Source of the DNA: an uncultured Alistipes sp.
Lineage (GTDB): Bacteria > Bacteroidota > Bacteroidia > Bacteroidales > Rikenellaceae
Assembly: GCA_900770635.1 (NCBI GenBank)
Contig: CAAGLB010000078.1
Span: 59,857-123,856 of the forward strand
Length of the DNA: 64,000 nucleotides
Direction of reading: 5' to 3'
Each line of letters begins with the position of its first letter. Within the stretch, counting starts at the first letter, position 1. Position numbers and translations under genes: made by a program. The notes beneath the pieces were generated by a model. That model ran no database searches. It was given only the letters and a program-made list of their open reading frames with translations, and was not told where the DNA came from. This document shows positions 1-9,089 of this stretch, in pieces.

Positions 1-73
1 GGTAAAGACGGTTGTGAGCACGCTTAGTTGCTGTCTGACGAATTCTCTTCTTCGATGACTTGTGATTTGCCAT
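1..73 (-). CDS. rpsT: 30S ribosomal protein S20, 5' part (rest lies left of the window)
   Basis: Reverse-complement of 1-73 translates MANHKSSKKRIRQTATKRAHNRLY, the canonical S20 N-terminus. ATG at 71-73. AT-rich promoter region follows at 74-104. Confidence 0.8.
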   Translation of the reverse strand, partial: MANHKSSKKRIRQTATKRAHNRLY

Positions 74-315
74 AGTTTTAAATCTTTTTTTATTTTTACT
101 TTTTATGTTTTCAATGTTTTCCGGCTTTCCGCTTATTGTGGTGTGGCCTACTATTGTTCTCTCATCAACCACCACACCTCGTTGGCGAACTTTGCCCCGC
201 CGGACGGCAACTTCTCAAGACGGCCGTAGCCGCTGTCGGATAGGCCCAAGGCCCGCTCCTAAAAATATTCTTAACCGCAAGCACCACTCCACAAGGTGGA
301 GTAACGCCCCAAGTG

Positions 316-387
316 TAGTCCGTACGAGAGTCGAACTCGTCTTTCAAGAATGAAAATCTTGTGTCCTAACCGATAGACGAACGGACC
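316..387 (-). tRNA. tRNA-Glu (anticodon TTC)
   Basis: Manual cloverleaf on the minus strand. Acceptor GGTCCGT/ACGGACT; D arm GTCT..GGAC; anticodon stem CAAGA/TCTTG with loop TTTTCAT (anticodon TTC); T arm ACGAG-TTCGACT-CTCGT; discriminator A; no encoded CCA. Confidence 0.7.
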
Positions 388-515
388 ATACCACTAATGC
401 CCATCAATATAGCGAGCAATTTAGCGGTGCGAAGGTACGCAAAATTTTCTATTTGACAAAATGTTTCCCCTATTTTTTTATTATTGTGCTATATATTAGC
501 ACGTAGAGAGCCTTT

Positions 516-1271
516 TTAGCGCAATTTTATGGCCTTCGACAGTCGGTCAAACTGCACATAATCACTGTCGAACAGACGCTCGATACGTCCCGAGTTGATT
601 AGCTCGTGGGTGGGCATGTGTACTAAGTCGGGGGTGTCGACCAAGGCGATGCTATCGGCAAGCGACAAGGCTATATCGAGTTCATGTGTTGAGAATATCA
701 CGAGCTTGCCCTCGTCGTGTGCCAAGCGGCTAAGCAGCGTGCATAGCTCGTAGCGGTTTGGCAGGTCGAGAAATGCCGTAGGCTCGTCGAGGAGTATCAC
801 AGGGGTGTCCTGCGCCAAGGCACGTGCTATCATCACCCTCTGACACTCGCCATCAGACAATGTCTCTACCATGCGTCCTGCAAGATGCTCGATGCCCGTA
901 ATCTGCATAGATCGCTGGATTATTGCTCTGTCGGCATCTGTCAGACGACCAGTCCAGTCGGTATATGGCGAGCGGCCAATGGCAACGAGGTCGTAGGCAC
1001 TAAGTGCTTCTACATCAATCCTCTCGGTGTTTACGAATGCCACCAAGCGGGCGAAACTACGAATGTCGACATCGGCAATACTCTGTCCGTCAACAATAAT
1101 ATCGCCCCCAGCAACACTACCAAGCTTAGCAATGGCCCTGAGTAGCGTGCTCTTACCCGTACCATTACGACCAAGCAAAGCAACCATGCGACCACATTCA
1201 AAGCGTGTAGTAGCACTCTCGATAAGCGTGCGCTTATCGAATGCAAGTGTTATGTTACTTAGCTCGATCAT
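516..1271 (-). CDS. ABC transporter ATP-binding protein, iron-siderophore/cobalamin (FecE/BtuD-like) type
   Basis: Walker A GRNGTGKST, ABC signature LSDGE, Walker B ILLDEP. Overlaps the permease gene by 4 nt (operon). Confidence 0.85.
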   Translation of the reverse strand: MIELSNITLAFDKRTLIESATTRFECGRMVALLGRNGTGKSTLLRAIAKLGSVAGGDIIVDGQSIADVDIRSFARLVAFVNTERIDVEALSAYDLVAIGRSPYTDWTGRLTDADRAIIQRSMQITGIEHLAGRMVETLSDGECQRVMIARALAQDTPVILLDEPTAFLDLPNRYELCTLLSRLAHDEGKLVIFSTHELDIALSLADSIALVDTPDLVHMPTHELINSGRIERLFDSDYVQFDRLSKAIKLR

Positions 1272-2299
1272 TGACGGTTACGATTACGAATTACTACAAA
1301 TATGATGATAGGCACACCGAGCAACGCAGTGATGGTGTTTACAGGGAGTATCATGCTATGGTGCGCCACAAGGTCGGTGACCAGACAGCACAACAACATC
1401 GCAAAGGCGCCCCAAAGTATCGTTGCTGGCATCAATATTCGGTGGTCAGCTGTGCGGAAGGTCATGCGAGCGAGGTGTGGCATGGCAAGACCTATGAAGC
1501 CGATAGGGCCACAAAAAGCCGTTACCGTACCCGCAAGAAGTGTCGTTGAGAGGAAGATGATGGTGCGTGAGCGACGCACATTAAGGCCCATTGTGCGGGC
1601 ATAGCCCTCACCCAAGAGCAACATATTGAGCGACTTTATTGCCACGACGCCGAGCACAAGGCCAACGATGATAACAGGAGCGAATATTGCTATATCGGCC
1701 ATCGTAACTGTCGAGAGCGAGCCCATTGTCCACACCACGAAGGTTTTGAGCGACTCCTCGCTACCCACATACTGCAACACGCCCACAACGGCCGATATTG
1801 CCGAGCCGAGCATCATGCCTATGATAAGTATCGTGCTGACACTCTTTATCTTGCGTGACAACGCCATTACGAGCAAGAGTATCGCTGCCGAGCCGATCCA
1901 CGCCATGCCCGTGATGCCAAGACGCATAAACATCGAGCTCGACAAGCCGCCAAGCATCGGCAGTGCCAATGTGAAGAGCGCCACGCCGAGGCTTGCACCC
2001 GAGTTAATACCCAAGACGTATGGGCCAGCCAAGGGATTGCGAAACATCGTCTGCATCTCCAAGCCACTTGCCGAGAGCGCCATGCCCGCCAACACAGCAA
2101 CGATAATCTTTGGCAGGCGTAGCTCGGTGATAATCTTCACGTAGTTGGCATTATAGGAGCTACCCACAACAACCCTCCACACCTCGTCGAGAGGTATCGA
2201 CGTTGTGCCAAGCAGCAGGTCGCCAAATGCCGCCACGATGCTCAGCAGTGCTAGCACGATAAAGAGAGATGTATGTAGTCTTTTGTTGTTCATTATCAC
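1268..2299 (-). CDS. FecCD-family ABC permease (iron-siderophore/B12 importer)
   Basis: 343 aa, about 9 predicted TM helices with typical FecCD/BtuC composition. Translationally coupled to the flanking genes. Confidence 0.8.
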   Translation of the reverse strand: MIMNNKRLHTSLFIVLALLSIVAAFGDLLLGTTSIPLDEVWRVVVGSSYNANYVKIITELRLPKIIVAVLAGMALSASGLEMQTMFRNPLAGPYVLGINSGASLGVALFTLALPMLGGLSSSMFMRLGITGMAWIGSAAILLLVMALSRKIKSVSTILIIGMMLGSAISAVVGVLQYVGSEESLKTFVVWTMGSLSTVTMADIAIFAPVIIVGLVLGVVAIKSLNMLLLGEGYARTMGLNVRRSRTIIFLSTTLLAGTVTAFCGPIGFIGLAMPHLARMTFRTADHRILMPATILWGAFAMLLCCLVTDLVAHHSMILPVNTITALLGVPIIIFVVIRNRNRQ

Positions 2300-3419
2300 T
2301 AATTTAGTCGCTGGTGGTAGTACATGTCACTACCTCGCTGCATGATCTCGACCATGTCGCTGAGCACCACGTCGGGGCGCACTATGGCCGACTCCCAGAA
2401 GTCGCTGCCACCACCCTCGCCACGTCGACGGTTGTTGTTATATACATCGCCACGCTCGACAACATCCATATTGGCAAAAAGTGGCGCTGAGGCACGTAGT
2501 TCGTCGAGCGAGGTGCACTGGCCCGGGTTGAGCCAGATGTCAGCTTTCGACACGAGCTCCACAGCCTCTTCGAGGCTTATGCCCACCGAACTCTGCGACG
2601 GATTGTCGTAGATATACTCGCCACCCGCATCCTCCACAAGGCGCACCATGTAGCTGCTATTCGATGGCATGTACCACACATCTTGGTATGGGAGGTTAAA
2701 CATCACCTTAGAACGTTTGTCGCTATGTATAACGCTGTTACGCACACCTTCGTAGCGCTCCTCGATACCCTTAAATAGCTCCTCGGCATGCTCTCTACAT
2801 CCTACTACCTCGGCCATAGCAACCACCCACTCGGCCTTACCTAAGGGCGACTGCTCGCAGTAGTCGCCAAAGTAGATATAAGGTATCTGCATATCTCTGA
2901 GCTTCGATGTCACCGCACGGTTCTCTGCCGATATGCCATACAGCACCACAAGGTCGACACCGTTAAGGAGCATCGCCTCGAAGTCGAGGTTATTGTCGTA
3001 GCCCACATCGAAGACGCTATCGTTAGCCCTTACCGCCTCGTTCATTACATATTGCTTGCCCGACACCGCTGCAACAGCATCGCTTCGTGAAAGCTCGCTA
3101 AGCATCGCCACATAGCTCGACGACATGCAGACTATCTTCTCGGCACGGCCCACGATATGCTCGCCATCGTAGCCCTCGGCAGCCTCCTCAGTAGTAAATA
3201 TTGCAAGTGTCTGCTCCTCAATATTTTCGCCCTGCCAGGGACGTGTCACACGTAGCAGCTTGTTGCCCGCTTCGTCCGCCGAAATCACGAATCCCGTAGC
3301 ATGCTTAGGCAGATAGCTTTCGATCGTAAAGCTGTCGTTATCAACACCCTTCTGAGCGCCGCAACCCACGAATGCACAGAGCATAAGTAGGCACAATGTT
3401 ATTTTTGCGATATAGTTCA
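2299..3419 (-). CDS. Periplasmic substrate-binding lipoprotein of the ABC importer
   Basis: Likely true start is MNYIAKITLCLLMLCAFVGCG (lipobox) at 3417-3419. The longer stop-to-stop ORF runs through the tRNA-Pro gene and was trimmed. Confidence 0.7.
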
Positions 3420-3476
3420 TTTGGCAAAGGTACATTTTTTTTGGAATTAAATTTGTGCATTTCGAAAAAATATTAC

Positions 3477-3484
3477 TATCTTTG
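3477..3484 (+). promoter_or_regulatory. Bacteroidetes -7 promoter motif TATCTTTG upstream of tRNA-Pro
   Basis: Matches the TAnnTTTG consensus of Bacteroidetes sigma-A promoters, 17 nt before the tRNA 5' end. Confidence 0.45.
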
Positions 3485-3500
3485 CACCGCAATTTTGCAA

Positions 3501-3575
3501 CGGGATGTAGCTCAGCCCGGTTAGAGTACGCGTCTGGGGGGCGTGTGGTCGCAGGTTCAAATCCTGTCATCCCGA
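3501..3575 (+). tRNA. tRNA-Pro (anticodon GGG)
   Basis: Cloverleaf: acceptor CGGGATG/CATCCCG; D arm GCTC..GAGT; anticodon stem CGCGT/GCGTG with loop CTGGGGG; T arm GCAGG-TTCAAAT-CCTGT; discriminator A. Confidence 0.7.
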
Positions 3576-3594
3576 CAAAGCTGAGTAAGCAGAG

Positions 3595-3631
3595 GTCTGT
3601 CCAAAAGTTTATTTGGACAGACTCTTTTTTG
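3595..3631 (+). terminator. Rho-independent terminator after tRNA-Pro
   Basis: Stem GTCTGTCCAAA/TTTGGACAGAC followed by TCTTTTTT. Confidence 0.7.
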
Positions 3632-3737
3632 TCTATCCTCGAAAACAGAGCCTAACGAGCCGTGCCCCTTGCTCATTTCAAAATTTATGTTTAATTTTGT
3701 ACGATAACGCAAAAGATATACCTAAATATTATATGCT

Positions 3738-4172
3738 ATGAAAGTACAGATCGTAAATAAATCGGCATACGAAGCGCCATTCTATGCCACCGTGAACTCG
3801 GCAGGCATGGACCTTAAAGCAAATATCGACGAGCCTATCGTGCTAGAGCCCTTGCAGCGTACGATGGTGCCTACTGGCCTATATATCGCACTCCCCGAGG
3901 GCACTGAGGCTCAGGTACGCCCACGCAGCGGCCTTGCAGCCAAGCACGGCATCACGGTGCTCAACACCCCAGGCACTATCGATGCCGACTATCGTGGCGA
4001 GATAAAGGTTATCCTTGTCAACCTCTCGAACGAGGCCTTTATCATCAACCCTGGCGAGCGCATCGCTCAGATGGTTGTTGCCCGCTACGAGAAGGTAGAG
4101 TGGGACGTTGTTGACTCGCTCGACGCTACGGAGCGTGGTGCTGGCGGCTTCGGCTCAACAGGCACAAAGTAG
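3738..4172 (+). CDS. dut: dUTP diphosphatase
   Basis: 144 aa carrying the dUTPase motifs AGMDL, RSGLA, G(T)IDADYRGE and the C-terminal GFGSTG. Confidence 0.9.
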   Translation: MKVQIVNKSAYEAPFYATVNSAGMDLKANIDEPIVLEPLQRTMVPTGLYIALPEGTEAQVRPRSGLAAKHGITVLNTPGTIDADYRGEIKVILVNLSNEAFIINPGERIAQMVVARYEKVEWDVVDSLDATERGAGGFGSTGTK

Positions 4173-4201
4173 CACACACCAAGCAAGAAAGACAAACAAC
4201 A

Positions 4202-4230
4202 TTGGCAGCCATCTCAATAATGGCTGCCAA
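4202..4230. terminator. Bidirectional hairpin terminator between the convergent dut and esterase genes
   Basis: 11-bp perfect stem TTGGCAGCCAT/ATGGCTGCCAA. Confidence 0.5.
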
Positions 4231-4265
4231 TTTGCATTACCCCGTACCATTGTTTTGCTTTACAC

Positions 4266-5159
4266 TTAGAACAATCGCTGCATAAATTGGTTGGCAAATT
4301 CTGTCCAATTATACCATTGATGGCCACCACCTACTATGGTCATCTCATAGGGATACCCCTCTCTTTTGAGAAAGCGGACATAGCACTTCATTCGTGGATA
4401 GTAGAAATCCTTATTGCCAATCATTATGGAGTACAGCATAGGCGGGGCAGCGAACTGCACCTTCAACTTATCCTTGAAATCTTTGTAAAACGCCGAGTGG
4501 TCACTCTTGCGCAAAACGGGGTGTACCATAGCAGAAAATAGCCCCACATATCCGAAGATATCAGGAGCATTGGCCGATATGTGCATAGCCTGCATAGCTC
4601 CAATCGAGAGTCCAGCAATGGCACGATGATCCTTGTCGGACAGCGTGCGATAGAGGCTATCTACGGCGTTTACCACATCACCAACAAATGCTGCCTCAAC
4701 AGCTCCATCGGTTTCGAACAGCGACTCCACAGCACCTTTGATACGAGATTTATTAAAATCCTTGTCGTCGTTATACTGATTCACGTTGGGCAACACTACA
4801 ATCATCTCACGAATTAAACCACCAGCCCTAAGGCTATCGATGTTATGTAGCAGGTCACCCTTCTCTATCCACGATAGTTCATTGCCTCGTGCCCCATGTA
4901 GAAGATAGAGCACAGGGTAAGACTCATCGCTATCATAGTAGGTCTTTGGCAGGTAGACCATCATTCGGCGCTCGGTAGGACCGTCGACGGAGCACTTGCA
5001 CACTTGTTCTTCGAGTATCCCGTCATACTCTATGTTAGCCAAGAATTGAGGATACTCCTTATTAGCAACATATCGGTGAGTTGAACACGATGTCACGAGC
5101 ATTGCCATGAACAACAAGAATGCCCATCGTAAGCACCTATTTGCGCACGGCACTCTCAT
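4266..5159 (-). CDS. Secreted alpha/beta-hydrolase (putative esterase family)
   Basis: Signal/lipoprotein N-terminus, HGARG oxyanion-type motif, GLSIGA nucleophile elbow (GxSxG). Confidence 0.7.
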   Translation of the reverse strand: MRVPCANRCLRWAFLLFMAMLVTSCSTHRYVANKEYPQFLANIEYDGILEEQVCKCSVDGPTERRMMVYLPKTYYDSDESYPVLYLLHGARGNELSWIEKGDLLHNIDSLRAGGLIREMIVVLPNVNQYNDDKDFNKSRIKGAVESLFETDGAVEAAFVGDVVNAVDSLYRTLSDKDHRAIAGLSIGAMQAMHISANAPDIFGYVGLFSAMVHPVLRKSDHSAFYKDFKDKLKVQFAAPPMLYSIMIGNKDFYYPRMKCYVRFLKREGYPYEMTIVGGGHQWYNWTEFANQFMQRLF

Positions 5160-6276
5160 ACATCTCTATTATATTGCGAGTTGACTCCTCGGCACTATAT
5201 TTTTGTGTCGACTCAGCGTACAATCGGCTCATCTTACGTCGGTACTCAGGATGCTCTATCCACCAATCAATTCTTGCGGCCAGCGCCTTGTAGTCCGACA
5301 TAGGAAATACACTATGCTCGTCCAACGCAAATTGCGAAGTGGCAGATAAGCCACCCTCAGCAATAACAGGCACAAGGCCCTGATGAATCATCTCTAAGCA
5401 CGAGAGTCCCTCAACCTCTATCGTTGCACAATGAACATATAGCCAAGACGATGCTGCAATATTGCGCAACTGCTCGTGGGTGTAAAATCCAAATGTGGGC
5501 TCATGCTTGACAACACCATCCACGAATAGCTTGTGTGCAGCACGCTTTATTGCGTTAGCCTTAGGACCATTGCCTGCAAAGATAAGTTCGATATTTTTCG
5601 CATACTTAGAGTGTCGCATTGCCCTAATAAGCGTAATCTGGTCTTTCTCATTAGCCAATCGTCCCACACATAGTATGCGATATGGATTTGTTGATGGCAC
5701 ACCTTCTACTCGGGGAGTCGCTTCAACATCAAGACCGTTGGTTATAACCTTCAACTCTGATGTATATCCGTTTGCTTCGAGATGCTCCTTGACGGTCTGC
5801 GTTGGACATTGAACATATTTGCAGTGGTTGTAGACCGAACTGCTCCACCACTTATTAACAAGTTTATTTATGAAGGTGCTTCTTGTGATACCAAGATTCG
5901 CTGTTATGTTCTCTGTGAAGGTATGATATGTGCCAACACATGGTTTACCTAACTCTTTCGCAATCTTAGCAGCAGCCTCAATCGGGAAACCCTCCATGAG
6001 ATGAACAACATCTGCCCAACTGATAGCCTCCCTAATTGAGCGTTTGTCGATTTTAGAGTAACGATATCCGTTTTTTCGAACTATTGGCTCAAAAATCGGA
6101 AAGACAAAGTGCCCCTGGGGATAATCTGGCTGAGGACCTTGCTTGTCTGGATTCTCGCAAGCAAGAATACGAACATCTATTCCTCTATGTATCAGACGAG
6201 TGCGCAGCGCCACTACTGCCGTGCACACGCCGTTACCCTTCATATATGCGTTGTTACATACGAACAAAACCTTCAT
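5137..6276 (-). CDS. Glycosyltransferase family 4
   Basis: 379 aa, GT-B fold with the GT4 C-terminal domain pattern (CATIEVEGLSCLEMIHQGLVPVI..). Confidence 0.7.
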   Translation of the reverse strand: MKVLFVCNNAYMKGNGVCTAVVALRTRLIHRGIDVRILACENPDKQGPQPDYPQGHFVFPIFEPIVRKNGYRYSKIDKRSIREAISWADVVHLMEGFPIEAAAKIAKELGKPCVGTYHTFTENITANLGITRSTFINKLVNKWWSSSVYNHCKYVQCPTQTVKEHLEANGYTSELKVITNGLDVEATPRVEGVPSTNPYRILCVGRLANEKDQITLIRAMRHSKYAKNIELIFAGNGPKANAIKRAAHKLFVDGVVKHEPTFGFYTHEQLRNIAASSWLYVHCATIEVEGLSCLEMIHQGLVPVIAEGGLSATSQFALDEHSVFPMSDYKALAARIDWWIEHPEYRRKMSRLYAESTQKYSAEESTRNIIEMYESAVRK

Positions 6277-6460
6277 TGCTATGTAAATTTAATGGATTCA
6301 TAGCAAATGTAATCTATTTAAATTTGTAAAAAAAATAAATTCAACGAATCGCAATTTAGTTATAATATAAAGTCTTGCAACCTATTATTTTTCTCTTATG
6401 TGCTATTTCTCAGCAATTATTAGTTATCCTTGTGTTAAGAACTATTAAAACTTACCAAAT

Positions 6461-6624
<164 letters not shown>

Positions 6625-6807
6625 CGATACATATTATATATACAATCGGCCTTCACCATCGAAGTCCGCTTGTTTTTTTTGCAGCACGATTGCACACAGA
6701 AAAGTGTGTAGCAAGGAGATGTATAACCGCTGACATACTCCCGCATGTATGCCCTACTCTTGACCAAGTCGTACAACCAGGTCATCAGCCCCCTCAGATA
6801 CCATACG

Positions 6808-6874
6808 AAAAAAGAGGAAACCCTTTCGGATTTCCTCTATGGCAGGACACCATATCGAAATTTCTAACCGATTT
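6808..6874 (-). repeat. Terminator-like hairpin repeat, family 1, copy 1
   Basis: AAAAAAGAGGAAACCCTTTCGGATTTCCTCTATGGCAGGACACCATATCGAAATTTCTAACCGATTT. 8-bp stem AGAGGAAA/TTTCCTCT. Read on the minus strand it is a hairpin followed by a T-run. Near-identical to 8608-8677; the hairpin part recurs at 8814-8844. Confidence 0.6.
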
Positions 6875-6927
6875 GTAGATAACTTTGAGCGTGTTATTAG
6901 ATTTATGACGTTGGGTATAAAGATATG

Positions 6928-6970
6928 AAAAAGGCAATCGGCAGCGCTAACCACCGATTGCCAATAATGA
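6928..6970 (-). repeat. Terminator-like hairpin repeat, family 2, copy 1
   Basis: AAAAAGGCAATCGGCAGCGCTAACCACCGATTGCCAATAATGA. 9-bp stem GGCAATCGG/CCGATTGCC. A degenerate copy lies at 8408-8451. Sits downstream of the anti-sigma gene. Confidence 0.55.
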
Positions 6971-7033
6971 ATTAGAGTTTATAAGCGGAGAGTTCCCAGT
7001 GGGGGGGTATTGTTATAAAAGGATATGTAGCAC

Positions 7034-7786
7034 TTACTCAGTGGGTAGCACATCGAAATCAATCTGATCTACGGTTAGCACCGTAACTTGCTGTCCATTG
7101 TATAGTCCTGAGCACTCAGCACCGAGCAGGCGCCCCTCGCTTTTTGAGAAACGAGCAATAATCCCGACCTTGTCGCCCCTAGTGCTGACTATGATCGTAT
7201 CGCCTTCCTCTCGGAATTTTAGCAGTATACCCGTTAACAAAGCGTACTCATTCAATTTATCGATCGTAGAGAATGGAGTGAGGTCGATTCCTCCGTGGGG
7301 TCGTTCGAGTACCAATTGTCCGTTCTGGTAGCGTCGATAGTTCTCGCCGTCATAGAGTTCCATAGAACTAGACTGATCGTGCCATTTGATAGCCATTTTG
7401 ATTTTTGAGCCCTCTTTGCGAATCTCGACGGTGCCCTGCATCGGAGTGCCATCGAAATCAATATCATAGAGTTCCTGTGAACTCTTGTTTTCGGTAACAT
7501 TTGCGGTAAATCGAACGAGGCAGTTGTCAGATTCGAGTAGTTGAGTCATTGCTCGCTCAACAACATCGCGGGCGGTGCTGGTCTGCACTCCGCTAATGCC
7601 GATGACAACTGCGACTGTGACCACAGCGGCAACGGCACCAATGCGTATTGCCTGCCAGAGCGGACGTCGGCGCGGTGTGGGTGCAGTGACTTTAAATTCG
7701 AGGTTGGTTGATGGGGAGAATCGGGGCGAGAGAATATCGACCATGCGATTATCCGAAAAATTGTCTAAATTGTTGTTAGTTTTCAT
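7034..7786 (-). CDS. Putative anti-sigma factor (single-pass membrane protein)
   Basis: Immediately downstream of and co-oriented with the ECF sigma gene. One TM helix (AIRIGAVAAVVTVAVVIGI) separates a short cytoplasmic N-terminus from a periplasmic domain. No FecR signature. Confidence 0.5.
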   Translation of the reverse strand: MKTNNNLDNFSDNRMVDILSPRFSPSTNLEFKVTAPTPRRRPLWQAIRIGAVAAVVTVAVVIGISGVQTSTARDVVERAMTQLLESDNCLVRFTANVTENKSSQELYDIDFDGTPMQGTVEIRKEGSKIKMAIKWHDQSSSMELYDGENYRRYQNGQLVLERPHGGIDLTPFSTIDKLNEYALLTGILLKFREEGDTIIVSTRGDKVGIIARFSKSEGRLLGAECSGLYNGQQVTVLTVDQIDFDVLPTE

Positions 7787-7809
7787 AATGTTGCTCTTTT
7801 TGTAGTGGA

Positions 7810-8322
7810 TTAAATCAGCCTGCGCTTTTCGAGGGCTTCACGCAACTTATCAATGCCATAGCGAAACCGCGATTTGGCCGTTGTTAGAGGAATGTTGCAA
7901 ATCGAGGCAATCTCGTCAAATTGACGACCGCCATAGATTCGCAATCGGATCACCTCGCTCTGCTCGTCGGGTAGCAAAGCCATTAGTCGTTCAATCAATC
8001 GAAACTCCTGCTCGAAATCTTTGGGCGCAAGGTCTTCGCTCGATAGTGTGTCAAGTGTGTCGGTCGATGTAAAATTTCGGCGCGAACGCAACATAGATGT
8101 GCAACTATTTGTCAATGAGCGATAAACATAGCCTTTCAAGTCTTCAATTTCGGCAAGCCGTGCGCTCTGTTTCGAGAGCCTCAGGTATAGGTCCTGTACC
8201 ACGTCTTCAGCCTCTGAAGCAGACCCCAACCGATAGCAAGCATATCGAAACAGATCGCTGCGTTCGGACTGCATTAGCTCAGCGAGGCGGGTGAGTTGTT
8301 TGTTTTCGTTTGTTAGTTTCAT
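7810..8322 (-). CDS. RNA polymerase ECF-type sigma-70 factor
   Basis: 170 aa. Region 2 VVQDLYLRL; region 4 HTH (SEVIRLRIYGGRQFDEIASICNIPLTTAKSRFRYGIDKLR). Confidence 0.85.
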   Translation of the reverse strand: MKLTNENKQLTRLAELMQSERSDLFRYACYRLGSASEAEDVVQDLYLRLSKQSARLAEIEDLKGYVYRSLTNSCTSMLRSRRNFTSTDTLDTLSSEDLAPKDFEQEFRLIERLMALLPDEQSEVIRLRIYGGRQFDEIASICNIPLTTAKSRFRYGIDKLREALEKRRLI

Positions 8323-8407
8323 AATTTATTGTCGTTTGTTGGAAACGCGCTTCCAAATATATAACGCTCAAAGTTCGAAAAAGACTTAACACACACGCAA
8401 AAACACT

Positions 8408-8451
8408 AAAAAAGACAATCGGCAGAGCTAACCACCAATTGCCAATAATGA
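8408..8451 (-). repeat. Family 2 repeat, degenerate copy
   Basis: AAAAAAGACAATCGGCAGAGCTAACCACCAATTGCCAATAATGA. Same loop and flank as 6928-6970, with stem mutations. Confidence 0.5.
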
Positions 8452-8607
8452 TTTAGAATAAGTTTCGCGAATTTCATAAGCTAAAATTCCAAAACATCTG
8501 CTTTATTAAAGAGCCTTAAGGCTCTTTGGCCAAGTTCCTCCTTATCAAAAAAGGATTTGTAGAGGGATTGTAGATATAATTGAGGACATCTGTTCTCCTC
8601 CTGCTAC

Positions 8608-8677
8608 AAAAAAATAGAGGAAACCCTCTCGGATTTCCTCTATGGTAGGACACCATATCGAAATTTCTAACCGATTT
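8608..8677 (-). repeat. Family 1 hairpin repeat, copy 2
   Basis: Near-identical to 6808-6874. The preceding 8536-8607 also resembles 8745-8813 (a roughly 110-bp diverged duplication). Confidence 0.6.
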
Positions 8678-8794
8678 ATCCGCGACTATGTGGCTGTATT
8701 TCAGATTGCGAAGCAATGCAAGACAAAGTCTTGCCACAAGCCTCCCTTATCAAAGGGAGGTTTGGAGGGATTGTATATATGACTGAGGACATAA

Positions 8795-8864
8795 GTCCTC
8801 CCCCCGCTACCATAAAAAAAGAGGAAACCCTCTCGGATTTCCTCTATGGTAGCGGGGGGAGGAC
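8795..8864. repeat. 18-bp inverted repeat (copy of the tRNA-fMet 3' end) flanking the tRNA terminator
   Basis: GTCCTCCCCCCGCTACCA at 8795-8812 is the exact reverse complement of TGGTAGCGGGGGGAGGAC at 8847-8864, the last 18 nt of the tRNA including CCA. They bracket the hairpin at 8814-8844. Confidence 0.6.
8814..8844 (-). terminator. Rho-independent terminator of tRNA-fMet (family 1 hairpin)
   Basis: On the minus strand, hairpin AGAGGAAA..TTTCCTCT followed by TTTTTTT, starting 3 nt after the tRNA CCA. Confidence 0.65.
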
Positions 8865-8922
8865 TCGAACCTCCGACCTCCGGGTTATGAGCCCGACGAG
8901 CTGCCAACTGCTCTACCCCGCG
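8847..8922 (-). tRNA. Initiator tRNA-fMet (anticodon CAT)
   Basis: Sense sequence CGCGGGGTAGAGCAGTTGGCAGCTCGTCGGGCTCATAACCCGGAGGTCGGAGGTTCGAGTCCTCCCCCCGCTACCA. Position 1-72 is a C-T mismatch (unpaired, as for the C1-A72 of E. coli tRNA-fMet) on a CGCGGGG start, the anticodon stem has three consecutive G-C pairs, and CCA is encoded. All are initiator hallmarks, as in E. coli tRNA-fMet. Confidence 0.8.
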
Positions 8923-9089
8923 ATGTATCGTCAAATGGTCGACCGACCGATTTTTCGTAATTGCGAGTGCAAAGATAAGGCAAAATTTCTTTATCTGCAA
9001 ATATTTATTAAAAATTTTTACTTTATTTTATCACCATCATCTGCCAACACCCTATTATTCAAGGCTTTAACACATTAAATTCACAAGCC

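Noticed and set aside
1626-2144. 172-aa antisense ORF inside the FecCD permease gene (similar antisense ORFs at 9324-9866, 43513-43893, 52048-52896)
   Set aside because: These are mirror-frame ORFs opposite well-supported genes, with low-complexity composition. They were treated as non-coding.
3420-3570. N-terminal extension of the binding-protein ORF (2299-3570) over tRNA-Pro
   Set aside because: The extension contains the tRNA on the opposite strand and its promoter. An internal ATG at 3417-3419 gives a canonical lipoprotein signal peptide, so the gene was trimmed.
8590-8684. Possibility that the family-1 repeat tail (TGGTAGGACACCATATCGAAATTTCTAACCGA) is a truncated tRNA 3' half
   Set aside because: The reverse complement carries a TTCGA-like pentamer but no T-stem or acceptor pairing. 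It is more likely just the conserved tail of the hairpin repeat.
8701-9078. Overlapping ORFs (99 aa minus strand, 120 aa plus strand) across the tRNA-fMet gene and its flanks
   Set aside because: Both run through the tRNA and the hairpin repeats. They are reading-frame artefacts of the structured GC-rich RNA gene.
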